A DNA stretch of 21,608 nucleotides. It comes from an uncultured Nitrospinaceae bacterium (GTDB lineage: Bacteria; UBA8248). The number at the start of each line of letters is the position of its first letter. Position 1 is the stretch's first letter. The DNA lies in contig CAXFSR010000029.1 in the NCBI GenBank assembly GCA_964005815.1, positions 1-21,608 of the forward strand. The letters are read 5' to 3'. This document shows positions 1 through 8,338 of the stretch, one piece after another. Under the pieces are notes generated by a model. The model had not been told where the DNA came from, did not search any database, and saw only the letters and a list, made by a program, of their open reading frames with translations. The position numbers and the translations under genes are program-made.

Positions 1-1323
1 CCCCTAATGAAAAAAGGTGGATTTAGACCAACATTTGCAGCTGCAACCGAAGCGGTATCAAGTATTGGTGGACATTTAATGCCACCAATTATGGCATCAA
101 CAGCTTTTATCTTAGCTGCTATGACTGAGACTCCATATTGGAAGGTTGCATTAATCAGTCTTGTGCCCGCATTGTTATATTATCTTTCTGTTTTCATGTC
201 AGTACATTTTTATGCTACCAGACACGGATTGCGCGGTCTTGAAAAAGACGAACTTCCTGATTTCTGGAAAATTATGAGAGAAGATGGAATTCTTTTGGTT
301 CCAGTAGCGCTACTTATTTTTCTTCTGATTTTGCAATTCTCACCTTTTTTTGCTGGGTTTTGGGCGATAGTAGCAGCGATAGTTTTTGCTACGATTAGAG
401 AGAAATGTTGGTATCTTTTAGGTGTGGAGGCTCTCGTGTTTGTTGCCAGTCTTATAAAGGGTGGGGACATGTTGTATTTGTATACTATTATTGGATGTCT
501 ACTTGCCTGGAGACAACAGCAATCAAAAGAAATTATGATTCGAATTGCAAATGCCTTTGTGCAAGGATCAAAAAATTCTCTAATAATAGGGGCAACAGCA
601 GGAGTTATGGGTTTAGTTTTGACAGGTGTAACTCATCCTGATCTAGCACAAAAAATGACATTGATTATTTTATCTTATTCCTACGATATGATTTGGCTTG
701 CCGTAATTCTTGTTGCTCTTGCCAGTTATATTCTTGGGATGGGAATGACAATTACAGCAAGTTATATTCTGATTATCATTTTAGCGGGACCTGCATTACA
801 AGACCTTGGTCTAAAGATGTTGACTTCTCATATGATTGTTTTATGGCTTAGTCAAGATGCTGCGTTGACCCCGCCGTTTGCGCTAGGTGCATTTGTGGCA
901 GCAGGAATAGCAAAGTGTGATCCAATGAGAACAGGGTTTACTTCATTGAAATTAGCTAAACCTCTTTATGTTGTTCCTCTACTCATGGCTTATACCCCTG
1001 TTTTGATGGATAGCCCTAACCCTGGTTCGACAGCTGAATGGTCATCTGTTTTGCTAGTATGGTTTGGTGCGTCTTTAGGATTCATTTGTTCTGCTGCAGT
1101 TTTAGAAGGGCAATTTCTAAGGACTTTAACTGTGTCAGATCGAGTTTTATTGTCAATCGCTTCTCTTCTTTTGTTCTGGGAACAACTGGGTGAGTGGGAT
1201 AGAATTTGGTTTAATTCAGTGGGACTTGCTTTGATGGTTCTTTCATTAATCATTCAAAAATTGGGAAATATGAAGGACAAAGACGATAATTCTCAAAAAA
1301 TGTCAGCCCAGCCTGTTGCTTAA
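1..1323 (+). CDS. TRAP transporter fused 4TM/12TM permease (TAXI-type), 5'-truncated by the window edge
   Basis: The frame is open from base 1 (P-L-M-K-K-G-G-F). It has the internal family motifs 'PLMKK.G..P.FAAA.EAV.S.GG..MPPIM...AF', 'ILGMG..ITASY' and 'LTPP.AL.AF.AAGIA', and is highly hydrophobic. The ATG at 7 is internal, so the true start lies upstream of the window. Confidence 0.9.
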   Translation, partial: PLMKKGGFRPTFAAATEAVSSIGGHLMPPIMASTAFILAAMTETPYWKVALISLVPALLYYLSVFMSVHFYATRHGLRGLEKDELPDFWKIMREDGILLVPVALLIFLLILQFSPFFAGFWAIVAAIVFATIREKCWYLLGVEALVFVASLIKGGDMLYLYTIIGCLLAWRQQQSKEIMIRIANAFVQGSKNSLIIGATAGVMGLVLTGVTHPDLAQKMTLIILSYSYDMIWLAVILVALASYILGMGMTITASYILIIILAGPALQDLGLKMLTSHMIVLWLSQDAALTPPFALGAFVAAGIAKCDPMRTGFTSLKLAKPLYVVPLLMAYTPVLMDSPNPGSTAEWSSVLLVWFGASLGFICSAAVLEGQFLRTLTVSDRVLLSIASLLLFWEQLGEWDRIWFNSVGLALMVLSLIIQKLGNMKDKDDNSQKMSAQPVA

Positions 1324-1350
1324 GCTTTAGAATTAATCTTCCATTTAAAA

Positions 1351-2097
1351 CTAATCAGTCCAGAAGCCACCGTTGACGTCAAGACCTTCTCCATTAATAT
1401 GTGCGGACTCTTCACTTGCAAGATAAAGTACCGACGGCCATACGTCTTCTGGTGTTGTAAGTCTTCCCATTGGATGAGATTGTTCTGCTTTTTCTAGCAT
1501 GTCCGGAGGAGATTGGAAATGCAGACCAGTGTCTGCTGGGCCAGGCATAATACAATTCACAGTGACACCAGTTTTTGCTAATTCCCTAGCTAAATTAAAT
1601 GTCATAGCAAGAAGTCCTGCTTTTGCAGCAGAGTAGGTAAGGTTTGGACCAATTCCACCCATTTTTCCTGCAATTGAAGCAAAACTAATAATTCTTCCGC
1701 TTCCAGACGTCTTAAGCGCATCTATTGTCTCTTGAATGCAAAAATAAGGAGCTAAAAGATTTACGCCTAATACGGGATCCCAATCCTCTTTTGTGAGTTC
1801 AAGTGGTGGTCTTATTGGCATATATCCCGCAATATTGCAAAGAACATCACATCCATCAAGCCAGGATAGTGCATTTTGCATTGTAGATCTAAGTTCTTCA
1901 ATGTTAGTTAGATCGCAAGAAGTTTTTTTTAAATTTTCTGAATCAGGCAATGAAGAATCAAGGAGGGACTGGTCAATGTCAGTAGCAAAGACCTTCGCTC
2001 CTGAGTCTAAGAATGCTTCTGTAATTCTTACTCCCATCCCACCTGTTGCACCAGTGAGAATTATCTTTCTGTTGCTGAAATCAAATTTGATCGGCAT
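1351..2097 (-). CDS. Classical short-chain dehydrogenase/reductase (SDR, FabG-like), 248 aa
   Basis: Motifs TGATGGMG (TGxxxGxG), NIAG, YSAAK (YxxxK), VNCIMPG and C-terminal VNGG. I moved the start from 2145 to the ATG at 2097 (MPIKFDF), which has GGAG about 6 nt upstream. Confidence 0.9.
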   Translation of the reverse strand: MPIKFDFSNRKIILTGATGGMGVRITEAFLDSGAKVFATDIDQSLLDSSLPDSENLKKTSCDLTNIEELRSTMQNALSWLDGCDVLCNIAGYMPIRPPLELTKEDWDPVLGVNLLAPYFCIQETIDALKTSGSGRIISFASIAGKMGGIGPNLTYSAAKAGLLAMTFNLARELAKTGVTVNCIMPGPADTGLHFQSPPDMLEKAEQSHPMGRLTTPEDVWPSVLYLASEESAHINGEGLDVNGGFWTD

Positions 2098-2136
2098 GTT
2101 TTGCTCCGAAATTAAAATTGAAAATAGAATCGATTT

Positions 2137-2175
2137 TTGTAACAAAGTTTTATCATGAGATTTGCTTAGTTACAA
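2137..2175 (-). promoter_or_regulatory. Candidate promoter/operator upstream of the SDR gene
   Basis: Inverted repeat TTGTAAC-N25-GTTACAA (2137-2143 and 2169-2175). On the minus strand it reads TTGTAA-N17-TAAAAC, with TG just before the -10-like hexamer. Confidence 0.3.
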
Positions 2176-2196
2176 TTCCACAAAGAACTAAATTCA

Positions 2197-2862
2197 TTAG
2201 ACACTTTCGTTTTCTAGTTTCTCAATAGAATCTTCTACCATTTTTGTGATTTTTTTTCGGTGTTCACTTTTCGACTGAAATTCTATTTGTTTCGGGTTTA
2301 TTATTTTTCCAAAGTTTAAGGAAAGTCTCGTTGAGTCTGAGAAGAACGATCTTAGATTAAAGAGTGTGTCTGACCCTTTAATAGAAACAGGTAAAATAGG
2401 AGTATTGCTTAGTGCAGAAATCATGCCAATACCTGATTTTATAATGAGTTGATCTCTTTTTTCGAGTATTCCACCCTCTGGGAAAATGACTATACATTCT
2501 TCTGATTTTAAAATCTTATTGCCTATTTGAAAGCTTCTTCTAGTGAATCCATCACGATCTATCAATATAGCTCCAAATCTAGTAATAAGTTTAGAGAAAA
2601 AATAATTTCTGAAAAGTTCTTTCTTGGCATAATAGAATAAATTTCTAGAGATAAAAGCGCTTAGAATTATTGGATCTAGATAACTTAAATGGGTTGAGGC
2701 TATAATTAATGGACCTTCAGTAGGTATGTTTTCTATGCCTTTAGTTTTGTAGCCGGAGTACGCGATCCATAGAGCGATTCGTACTAACTTTTTTGCCCAA
2801 AGAGGATGTTTGTTTTTAGATATACTAATTTCAGATATTTTGGATTTATTTAAATCATTCAT
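2197..2862 (-). CDS. plsC: 1-acyl-sn-glycerol-3-phosphate acyltransferase (PlsC/LPLAT family)
   Basis: Catalytic HxxxxD (HLSYLD), then AKKELF, IDR, FPEG and ILPVSI motifs of lysophospholipid acyltransferases. Confidence 0.85.
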   Translation of the reverse strand: MNDLNKSKISEISISKNKHPLWAKKLVRIALWIAYSGYKTKGIENIPTEGPLIIASTHLSYLDPIILSAFISRNLFYYAKKELFRNYFFSKLITRFGAILIDRDGFTRRSFQIGNKILKSEECIVIFPEGGILEKRDQLIIKSGIGMISALSNTPILPVSIKGSDTLFNLRSFFSDSTRLSLNFGKIINPKQIEFQSKSEHRKKITKMVEDSIEKLENESV

Positions 2863-2865
2863 TTC

Positions 2866-3876
2866 CTAGTAAAGCTCTTCTATAGTTACTATCCTTTTTT
2901 CTCTAGAGGAGAGAATGATGGCTTCCAAAACAGCGCTATTTCTTAAGCCGACAACTCCGTCTACCTCAGGAGTGTAATCTTGAATAATAGATTGTGCGAA
3001 ATCTGATATTTCTGCAACCAGTGGAGCAGTTACTGGATCTCCTGAAACTTCAAATTCTTCTACTAATTCGCTATTGTCTTTTCCCCACAGAGTAATTCTT
3101 GTCCCCTCATTTTCAGCGATTGCATTTCCTTCGGTTCCGTAGACTCTAGCGTAAAAAACTTTTGGAGTTAACATATTAGAGCCGAGATATCCAAATGAGC
3201 CTGACTCGAATTCTAGCAATGTTACGGTCACATCTTCTAGATCTGTGTCTGGTTTTACAGACTTGCTATAGGAAAAAACATTTTTTACAGGTCCTAAAAA
3301 ATATTGAAGATTGTCAACTTGATGAATTCCTAGTCCTGTCATAGCGCCTGCAGGACTTTCATCTGGATTTGATCTCCAACTATCAGGAGAAAGAGTAGAA
3401 GCAAATCCATAGGAAAAATTTGCTTCTGCTTGGACAATAGTCCCTAGTTTTCCAGATTGAATCCAATCTTTTAATTTCCTGTGTGCTGGCTGAAAACGTC
3501 TTTGGTGACCAACAGCTAGTTTTACATTAGCCTTTGAACACGCATCTAAAGCAGTTATTCCTTCTGCTACGTTAAGAACAAAAGGTTTTTCTACTAAGAT
3601 ATGTTTTTTTGCATTTGCAGCATCTACGATCATGCTTGCATGTGTGGAATGTGGTGTTGCAAGAAAAATGGCATCTATCTCGGTATCATTTAGAACTCCT
3701 TCCCAACTTTCGATGGGTCTACAAGAGTGTTTTTTTGCGAATTCGCTTCTTGTTGATTCTGTTCTTGCGAAACACGTATTTATCTCTAGTCCGTCTACGT
3801 TCTTAGAAGCATTGACTAACTCATCACCCCACCAGCCTAATCCAACAATACATGTCTTGATGTTTTGTTTGCTCAT
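2866..3876 (-). CDS. Gfo/Idh/MocA family NAD(P)-dependent oxidoreductase
   Basis: N-terminal GLGWWG dinucleotide motif, ATPHSTH, HILVEKP, GHQRRF and WR..P..SPAG.M...GIH. Its ATG directly abuts the TAA of the upstream CLC gene. Confidence 0.9.
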   Translation of the reverse strand: MSKQNIKTCIVGLGWWGDELVNASKNVDGLEINTCFARTESTRSEFAKKHSCRPIESWEGVLNDTEIDAIFLATPHSTHASMIVDAANAKKHILVEKPFVLNVAEGITALDACSKANVKLAVGHQRRFQPAHRKLKDWIQSGKLGTIVQAEANFSYGFASTLSPDSWRSNPDESPAGAMTGLGIHQVDNLQYFLGPVKNVFSYSKSVKPDTDLEDVTVTLLEFESGSFGYLGSNMLTPKVFYARVYGTEGNAIAENEGTRITLWGKDNSELVEEFEVSGDPVTAPLVAEISDFAQSIIQDYTPEVDGVVGLRNSAVLEAIILSSREKRIVTIEELY

Positions 3877-5646
3877 TTAACTTGCTCCTTGATTCTGTTC
3901 TTTGTCTCTTTTGATTTTTACTTTTCCGAACGCTAATATTACATCTTCAGATGTGATAATGCCAAGCAATTCCGTTGGATCTTCTCTACTAACGACTGGC
4001 AAGCGGGAGATACGTCTCGATCCAAGTTTTGCCATAACAGAGTCAAGAGATTGATCTGGGTGAGCGTGCAGTACGTATTTTGTTGTTGCAAATTCAGTTA
4101 TTCTGTTATCCTCTTTTTGTATTGCTTGAGCTTGTCTAAAATCATAGCGACTTATCATTCCTTCTAGTTTGTTGTTTCCGTCTAAAATCGGATATCCAGA
4201 GTATGCTAGATTTCTCGTTTCTTCGATTGCCTCTGTTATGGTTAATTTGTTCGATAATGTTTTGACATTTGTTACCATTGCGTCTTCCACATGTATCTCG
4301 TGTAAAATGTGATCGGTTTCGTAGTTAGGAAGGGCAATTCCATCTTGATGGGAAAGAGAGGCGTAAATCGAGTCTGGTTGCCAATATTTTGATAATGAAA
4401 AAGAAATAGTATTCGCTATCATCAAAGCTAAAATAATATTGTAGTCTTGAGTAAGTTCGAAAATGATAAGTACCGATGTCATCGGTGCACGTATAACTGA
4501 TGCAAAAGCCGCACCCATACCTACAAGAGCATAACTTCCAGAATTGCCTATAATAGATGGAAAAAAAACTTCCATTATAGAAGCAACTGTCCCTCCAGCC
4601 ATTGCACCTAAAAATAAAGTAGGTGCAAAAATTCCCCCGCATGATCCTGTGCCGTATGAGATAGAGGTTGCTATTAATTTTAAAATTAGCAATATGGATA
4701 GAATGTAAAATGTGTAACTACCAGATAACGCTTTGTTTACAAAGGGATATCCTACACCAAAAATCTGAGGAAATTGTAATCCAATGATCCCTATACATAA
4801 TCCTCCTAGAGTAGTAAGTAAAATAGATTTCCAGCCAGTAATATTTATCCATTTTGATCTTGTATATAAGAGAGTCCTGCAAAAGATTGTCCCTACTAAT
4901 GCACAAAAAACCCCAACTAAGGCATAAATGAAGAGTTCCATTGGATTTTCAAGCGAATATTCTGGAACCAGGAATACAGGTTGATTCCCTAGGATAGATC
5001 TTTCAACTACTGCTGCAGTTACGGATGCTAAAACGATAGATCCTAAAACACGAGCATTTAAATCTCCAACGATTTCTTCAAGGGTGAAAGTGATTGCAGC
5101 AAGGGGAGTATTGAATGCAGCCGCTATTCCTGCAGCAGCGCCAACTGGAATGAGAGACTTTATACGTTGTCTTTTCATAGAAAACATCTCTCCTATCCAG
5201 CTCGCCATTCCAGAGCATATTTGAACGGTTGGTCCCTCTCTTCCTAAACTAGAACCAGAGCCTATATTGATTAGTCCTATAAAGAATTTTCCAATCCAGA
5301 CTTTTTTAGGGATATGACCGTTGTGAACTGCATAGGCAATTTTAGTTTGTGGGATTCCACTACCTCTGGCGTCTGGAACTATGTATTGGAGTGAGATAGC
5401 CGCTATTAATGCACCAAGAGCAGGAATGAGTATAATTAAGAACCAAGAGAGAGAACTTTGCGAAGTTAAATGAGAAGAGCCAAAAAGAAATTCTTGAAGC
5501 CATGCTATCGACAAATGAAAAGAAACTGCCGTTAGTCCAGCTAATAATCCAACAAAAATTGTTACTACGTAAAATATGCCATCTCTTGCAAATCCGAAGT
5601 GCAAAAGCCAACTGAGCAGATTAATTCTGAATTTTTGTTTTTTCAT
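3877..5646 (-). CDS. CLC-family chloride channel / probable Cl-/H+ antiporter with C-terminal CBS pair
   Basis: CLC signatures GSGIP, GREGP (gating Glu), AAFNTPLAA, LEE (proton Glu), GIFAP and SIY (central Tyr). C-terminal CBS motifs 'SGYPILD..LEGMISRYD' and 'SRLPVV..LLGIITSED'. Confidence 0.93.
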   Translation of the reverse strand: MKKQKFRINLLSWLLHFGFARDGIFYVVTIFVGLLAGLTAVSFHLSIAWLQEFLFGSSHLTSQSSLSWFLIILIPALGALIAAISLQYIVPDARGSGIPQTKIAYAVHNGHIPKKVWIGKFFIGLINIGSGSSLGREGPTVQICSGMASWIGEMFSMKRQRIKSLIPVGAAAGIAAAFNTPLAAITFTLEEIVGDLNARVLGSIVLASVTAAVVERSILGNQPVFLVPEYSLENPMELFIYALVGVFCALVGTIFCRTLLYTRSKWINITGWKSILLTTLGGLCIGIIGLQFPQIFGVGYPFVNKALSGSYTFYILSILLILKLIATSISYGTGSCGGIFAPTLFLGAMAGGTVASIMEVFFPSIIGNSGSYALVGMGAAFASVIRAPMTSVLIIFELTQDYNIILALMIANTISFSLSKYWQPDSIYASLSHQDGIALPNYETDHILHEIHVEDAMVTNVKTLSNKLTITEAIEETRNLAYSGYPILDGNNKLEGMISRYDFRQAQAIQKEDNRITEFATTKYVLHAHPDQSLDSVMAKLGSRRISRLPVVSREDPTELLGIITSEDVILAFGKVKIKRDKEQNQGAS

Positions 5647-5714
5647 GATGGTTCCGTTTGTTTTGCTTTTATGTGCGTAATTATTTCAAAGAAATGTGAG
5701 AGTTCTAAATGAAT

Positions 5715-6269
5715 TTAGAATCCTTCTCTTTTAAGACGAGCACTGTTCCAAGATGCATTGATAGTGTTTGTTTTTTCATCGAGTTCTGCCATATCACAAA
5801 ATATCTCAATCCGATGCCCATCAGGGTCGCAAAAATACATCGCTCTGTTTTCACCCCATGTCCCATCACCTTCAGGGTGAGTGGGGCTGTGAACAACAGG
5901 TCCTCTGACAATTTCAATATTGTTTTCTGTAATCCATTCTTCCCATTCATGAAATTCTTGGAGGGATTCAACTTGAAAAGCAAAATGATGCACGCCTAAA
6001 TCTACAGTCGAGCCTTGGTCGGTTTTTGGGATTTTGGCAAGTTCTTCTTTTTCTGTTTCTGGAAAAAAAACGAGATTGAGATCGTGGTGTAGTGGTCCGC
6101 ATCTGAGAAAGCAAAGACCTGATTTGAAAATAGGGTGTTCTCCTGGGTCATGTCTTTCAGAAACAGTGAAACCTAAGACGTTTATATAAAAGTCTAAAGA
6201 AATATCTATGTTTGAAACTTTTATGGCTATATGTTGAAGGCCTTTGAAACCATTTGAGGGTATTGGCAT
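5715..6269 (-). CDS. VOC-superfamily protein, single-domain extradiol dioxygenase-like
   Basis: QHIAIKV, FY..VLGF, HHDLNL, HHFAFQV, GPVVH and YFCDPDGHRIEIFC. SD-like AAGGA upstream of the ATG. Confidence 0.85.
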   Translation of the reverse strand: MPIPSNGFKGLQHIAIKVSNIDISLDFYINVLGFTVSERHDPGEHPIFKSGLCFLRCGPLHHDLNLVFFPETEKEELAKIPKTDQGSTVDLGVHHFAFQVESLQEFHEWEEWITENNIEIVRGPVVHSPTHPEGDGTWGENRAMYFCDPDGHRIEIFCDMAELDEKTNTINASWNSARLKREGF

Positions 6270-6311
6270 CTTGTATCCTTTATTTTTATGATGCTTCTAA
6301 CTGTAAAGATG

Positions 6312-6406
6312 ATATTATCTCAACTTCATTCTCGGTCAAGTGTTATTTTGTCTTCTGTTCAATTTAGTCTTTTGAGTTTTACCGAGAATTTGCTATAGGA
6401 TAGGTT
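6312..6406. promoter_or_regulatory. Candidate back-to-back divergent promoters sharing an inverted 12-bp element
   Basis: Minus strand TTGACC-N16-TAATAT (6339 to 6312) and plus strand TTTACC-N17-TAGGTT (6378-6406). The elements TTGACCGAGAAT (minus, 6328-6339) and TTTACCGAGAAT (plus, 6378-6389) match at 11/12 positions. Confidence 0.4.
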
Positions 6407-6436
6407 GTATGAAAATTTCACATAGAGGAGCTGAGT

Positions 6437-7324
6437 ATGAGTTTGAAAACTGGCGTAGTTGGTTTAGGTGTTATGGGAGGTGCTTTTGCAGGTCATATGC
6501 TTGATTCAGGTTTTGAAGTTCAGGGATTTGACCCTTCAGAAGAAGTATTTGAAAAATTTGAAGGAAAATCTTTAGTTCGGTCGAATTCCCCAGCTGAGGC
6601 CGCTTCAAATGTTGATTTGGTCATGCTTTCTCTTCCTAATTATAAGGTTGTTGAGCAGGCCGTAATCGGAGATACCGGTGTTTTTGCTGGATGTAATGAA
6701 GGAACGGTCATAGCTGATATGAGTACTGTCCCTCCGAAATTTTCAAAAGAGATGGCAAAGATAGCGCAGGATAAAGGGTTGACATGGTTAGACTGTCCTG
6801 TGAGTGGTGTTGGGAAGCAGGCTGCAGTAAAGGATTTGGTAGTTATGGTAGCTGGTCCCAAAGCCGCTTTTGAAAAGTCGAAAGCAGCTTTTGATGCTAT
6901 TGGGAAAAAAACTGTATATGTAAGTGAAAAAAATGGTCATGCAGCTCAACTTAAATTGGTTGTGAATTTGGTTTTGTTCGTGACAATGGCAGGGGCAGCT
7001 GAAGGATTGACATTGGGTCTCAAATCGGGACTAGACCCAGATGTTATGTTAGATGTTCTTTGTTCGGGTGCTGCTGGTTCAAATGTTTTAGAAGTAAGAG
7101 GTAAGGATATGCTTTCAAATCATTTTCCTCCATCAGGACCAATCAATATAGTTTTAAAGGATCTCGAATGCGCCATACAATCTGCTAAAGATCAGGATGT
7201 GCCCGTGCCATTGGCTGGTTTGCTAGAACAGATATATCTTTCTCAAAGAAGTAAAGGAAGAGGAAATGAAGATGGAAGTTCAATCTTTAGAATTTTTCAA
7301 GAACTAGCAAACTACCAGAAGTAG
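6437..7324 (+). CDS. NAD(P)-dependent beta-hydroxyacid dehydrogenase (3-hydroxyisobutyrate dehydrogenase / 2-hydroxy-3-oxopropionate reductase family)
   Basis: GLGVMG, DMST, DCPVSG, catalytic Lys in LKLVVN, and KDL. Strong SD GAGGAG upstream. Confidence 0.9.
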   Translation: MSLKTGVVGLGVMGGAFAGHMLDSGFEVQGFDPSEEVFEKFEGKSLVRSNSPAEAASNVDLVMLSLPNYKVVEQAVIGDTGVFAGCNEGTVIADMSTVPPKFSKEMAKIAQDKGLTWLDCPVSGVGKQAAVKDLVVMVAGPKAAFEKSKAAFDAIGKKTVYVSEKNGHAAQLKLVVNLVLFVTMAGAAEGLTLGLKSGLDPDVMLDVLCSGAAGSNVLEVRGKDMLSNHFPPSGPINIVLKDLECAIQSAKDQDVPVPLAGLLEQIYLSQRSKGRGNEDGSSIFRIFQELANYQK

Positions 7325-7331
7325 TATATTT

Positions 7332-7580
7332 CTAAAATTCTTTTATAGTGGTTCTGATTACTTTTTCAAGTTCCTCATCATTGAGTGTTTTCAATTGCTC
7401 GAAGGTCACGACTGCCTGTTTTTCTTGATCTCCACGTTCTCCCCACCATAAAAGAAAACTCTCGTTTAGGTATCCATATTTTATAGGGATTTCTACATCT
7501 GTTATCTGTTTCCCCAAAATATGACTAATACGTTCCGCATATTCTTTGCTTTTTTTTCTTATTTCATCTATTTCTTGCAT
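7332..7580 (-). CDS. Hypothetical protein, 82 aa, acidic and helical
   Basis: The ORF fills the gap between pyrK and the convergent dehydrogenase and has protein-like composition. The ATG at 7580 has AAGG upstream; the alternative start at 7628 overlaps the pyrK end. I recognise no motif. Confidence 0.65.
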   Translation of the reverse strand: MQEIDEIRKKSKEYAERISHILGKQITDVEIPIKYGYLNESFLLWWGERGDQEKQAVVTFEQLKTLNDEELEKVIRTTIKEF

Positions 7581-7612
7581 AACAAAACCTTTTTCATTAG
7601 AGATTTGTGTTT

Positions 7613-8338
7613 TTAAAAATATAGCCATCTTCCGCTTTTTTCACGTCTACGTTTTCCAAAATCGTTCATTTTGAGAAGTTCGGTTCCTTTAAAAACAGGA
7701 CCGTCCACACAGACTCTCCATCCTGAACAGGAACATTGTCCACATAACCCTACTGCACATTTCATGTATCTTTCAATTGCGAAAAATGATTTTTCGGGAG
7801 GGAGTTCTTCCATACATGCTTTCATCATCATTTCAGGACCGCAAATCGCGTAATTTTCTGAATGAAATGGAAGAAGTTTTGTTATAACTCCTTTTTTGCC
7901 TAAAGAGCCGTCATCTGTTGTAACATGGACATCTCCCATCTTTTTGAATTCTTCTAAGTATAGAATTTCACTTTCAGTTCTGCCGCCAAGAAGAAAGGTA
8001 GGATTTTTTGAGGATAGTGCTAGTAATCTTAATTCAGCAATCCCAACACCACCTCCAATAAGTGTGATATTTTTGAATTCTGGGTAACCATTTCCCAAAG
8101 GACCTCTTATTCCAATTTCTCTTCCTGGTTCTAACGCGGCTAGGGATTTAGTGAATTCTCCTGCTATTTTCAAGGTAATTCCATTTGAGTAAGAAAGTGT
8201 GAATGGTTTTTCTCCGATCCCAGGGATCCAAACCATGAAAAATTGTCCGGGTCTTGCTTTGGGTTCGAAGTCAAAGAAAATTGTATGGATTAATTCACTT
8301 TCACGTTTGTTTTCCAGTATTTTGACTATTTCTCTCAT
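7613..8338 (-). CDS. pyrK: Dihydroorotate dehydrogenase electron transfer subunit (FAD, [2Fe-2S]), 241 aa
   Basis: PGQF, RGPLGNG, GGGVGIA, TTDDGS.G, CGPE.MM and the Fe-S motif MKCAVGLCGQC...VCVDGPVF. The start is reassigned to the ATG at 8338, which overlaps the pyrD stop (ATGA) and has AGGAG upstream. Confidence 0.9.
   Translation of the reverse strand: MREIVKILENKRESELIHTIFFDFEPKARPGQFFMVWIPGIGEKPFTLSYSNGITLKIAGEFTKSLAALEPGREIGIRGPLGNGYPEFKNITLIGGGVGIAELRLLALSSKNPTFLLGGRTESEILYLEEFKKMGDVHVTTDDGSLGKKGVITKLLPFHSENYAICGPEMMMKACMEELPPEKSFFAIERYMKCAVGLCGQCSCSGWRVCVDGPVFKGTELLKMNDFGKRRREKSGRWLYF

Noticed and set aside
2098..2145. N-terminal extension of the SDR in the ORF track
   Set aside because: The ATG at 2097 has an SD and gives a normal SDR length; the extension lies in the putative promoter region.
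3877..5646. Fluoride-specific CLC-F exporter
   Set aside because: It has canonical GSGIP and GREGP rather than the GNNLI/GMGLI and GREGT signatures, and I see no fluoride riboswitch upstream.
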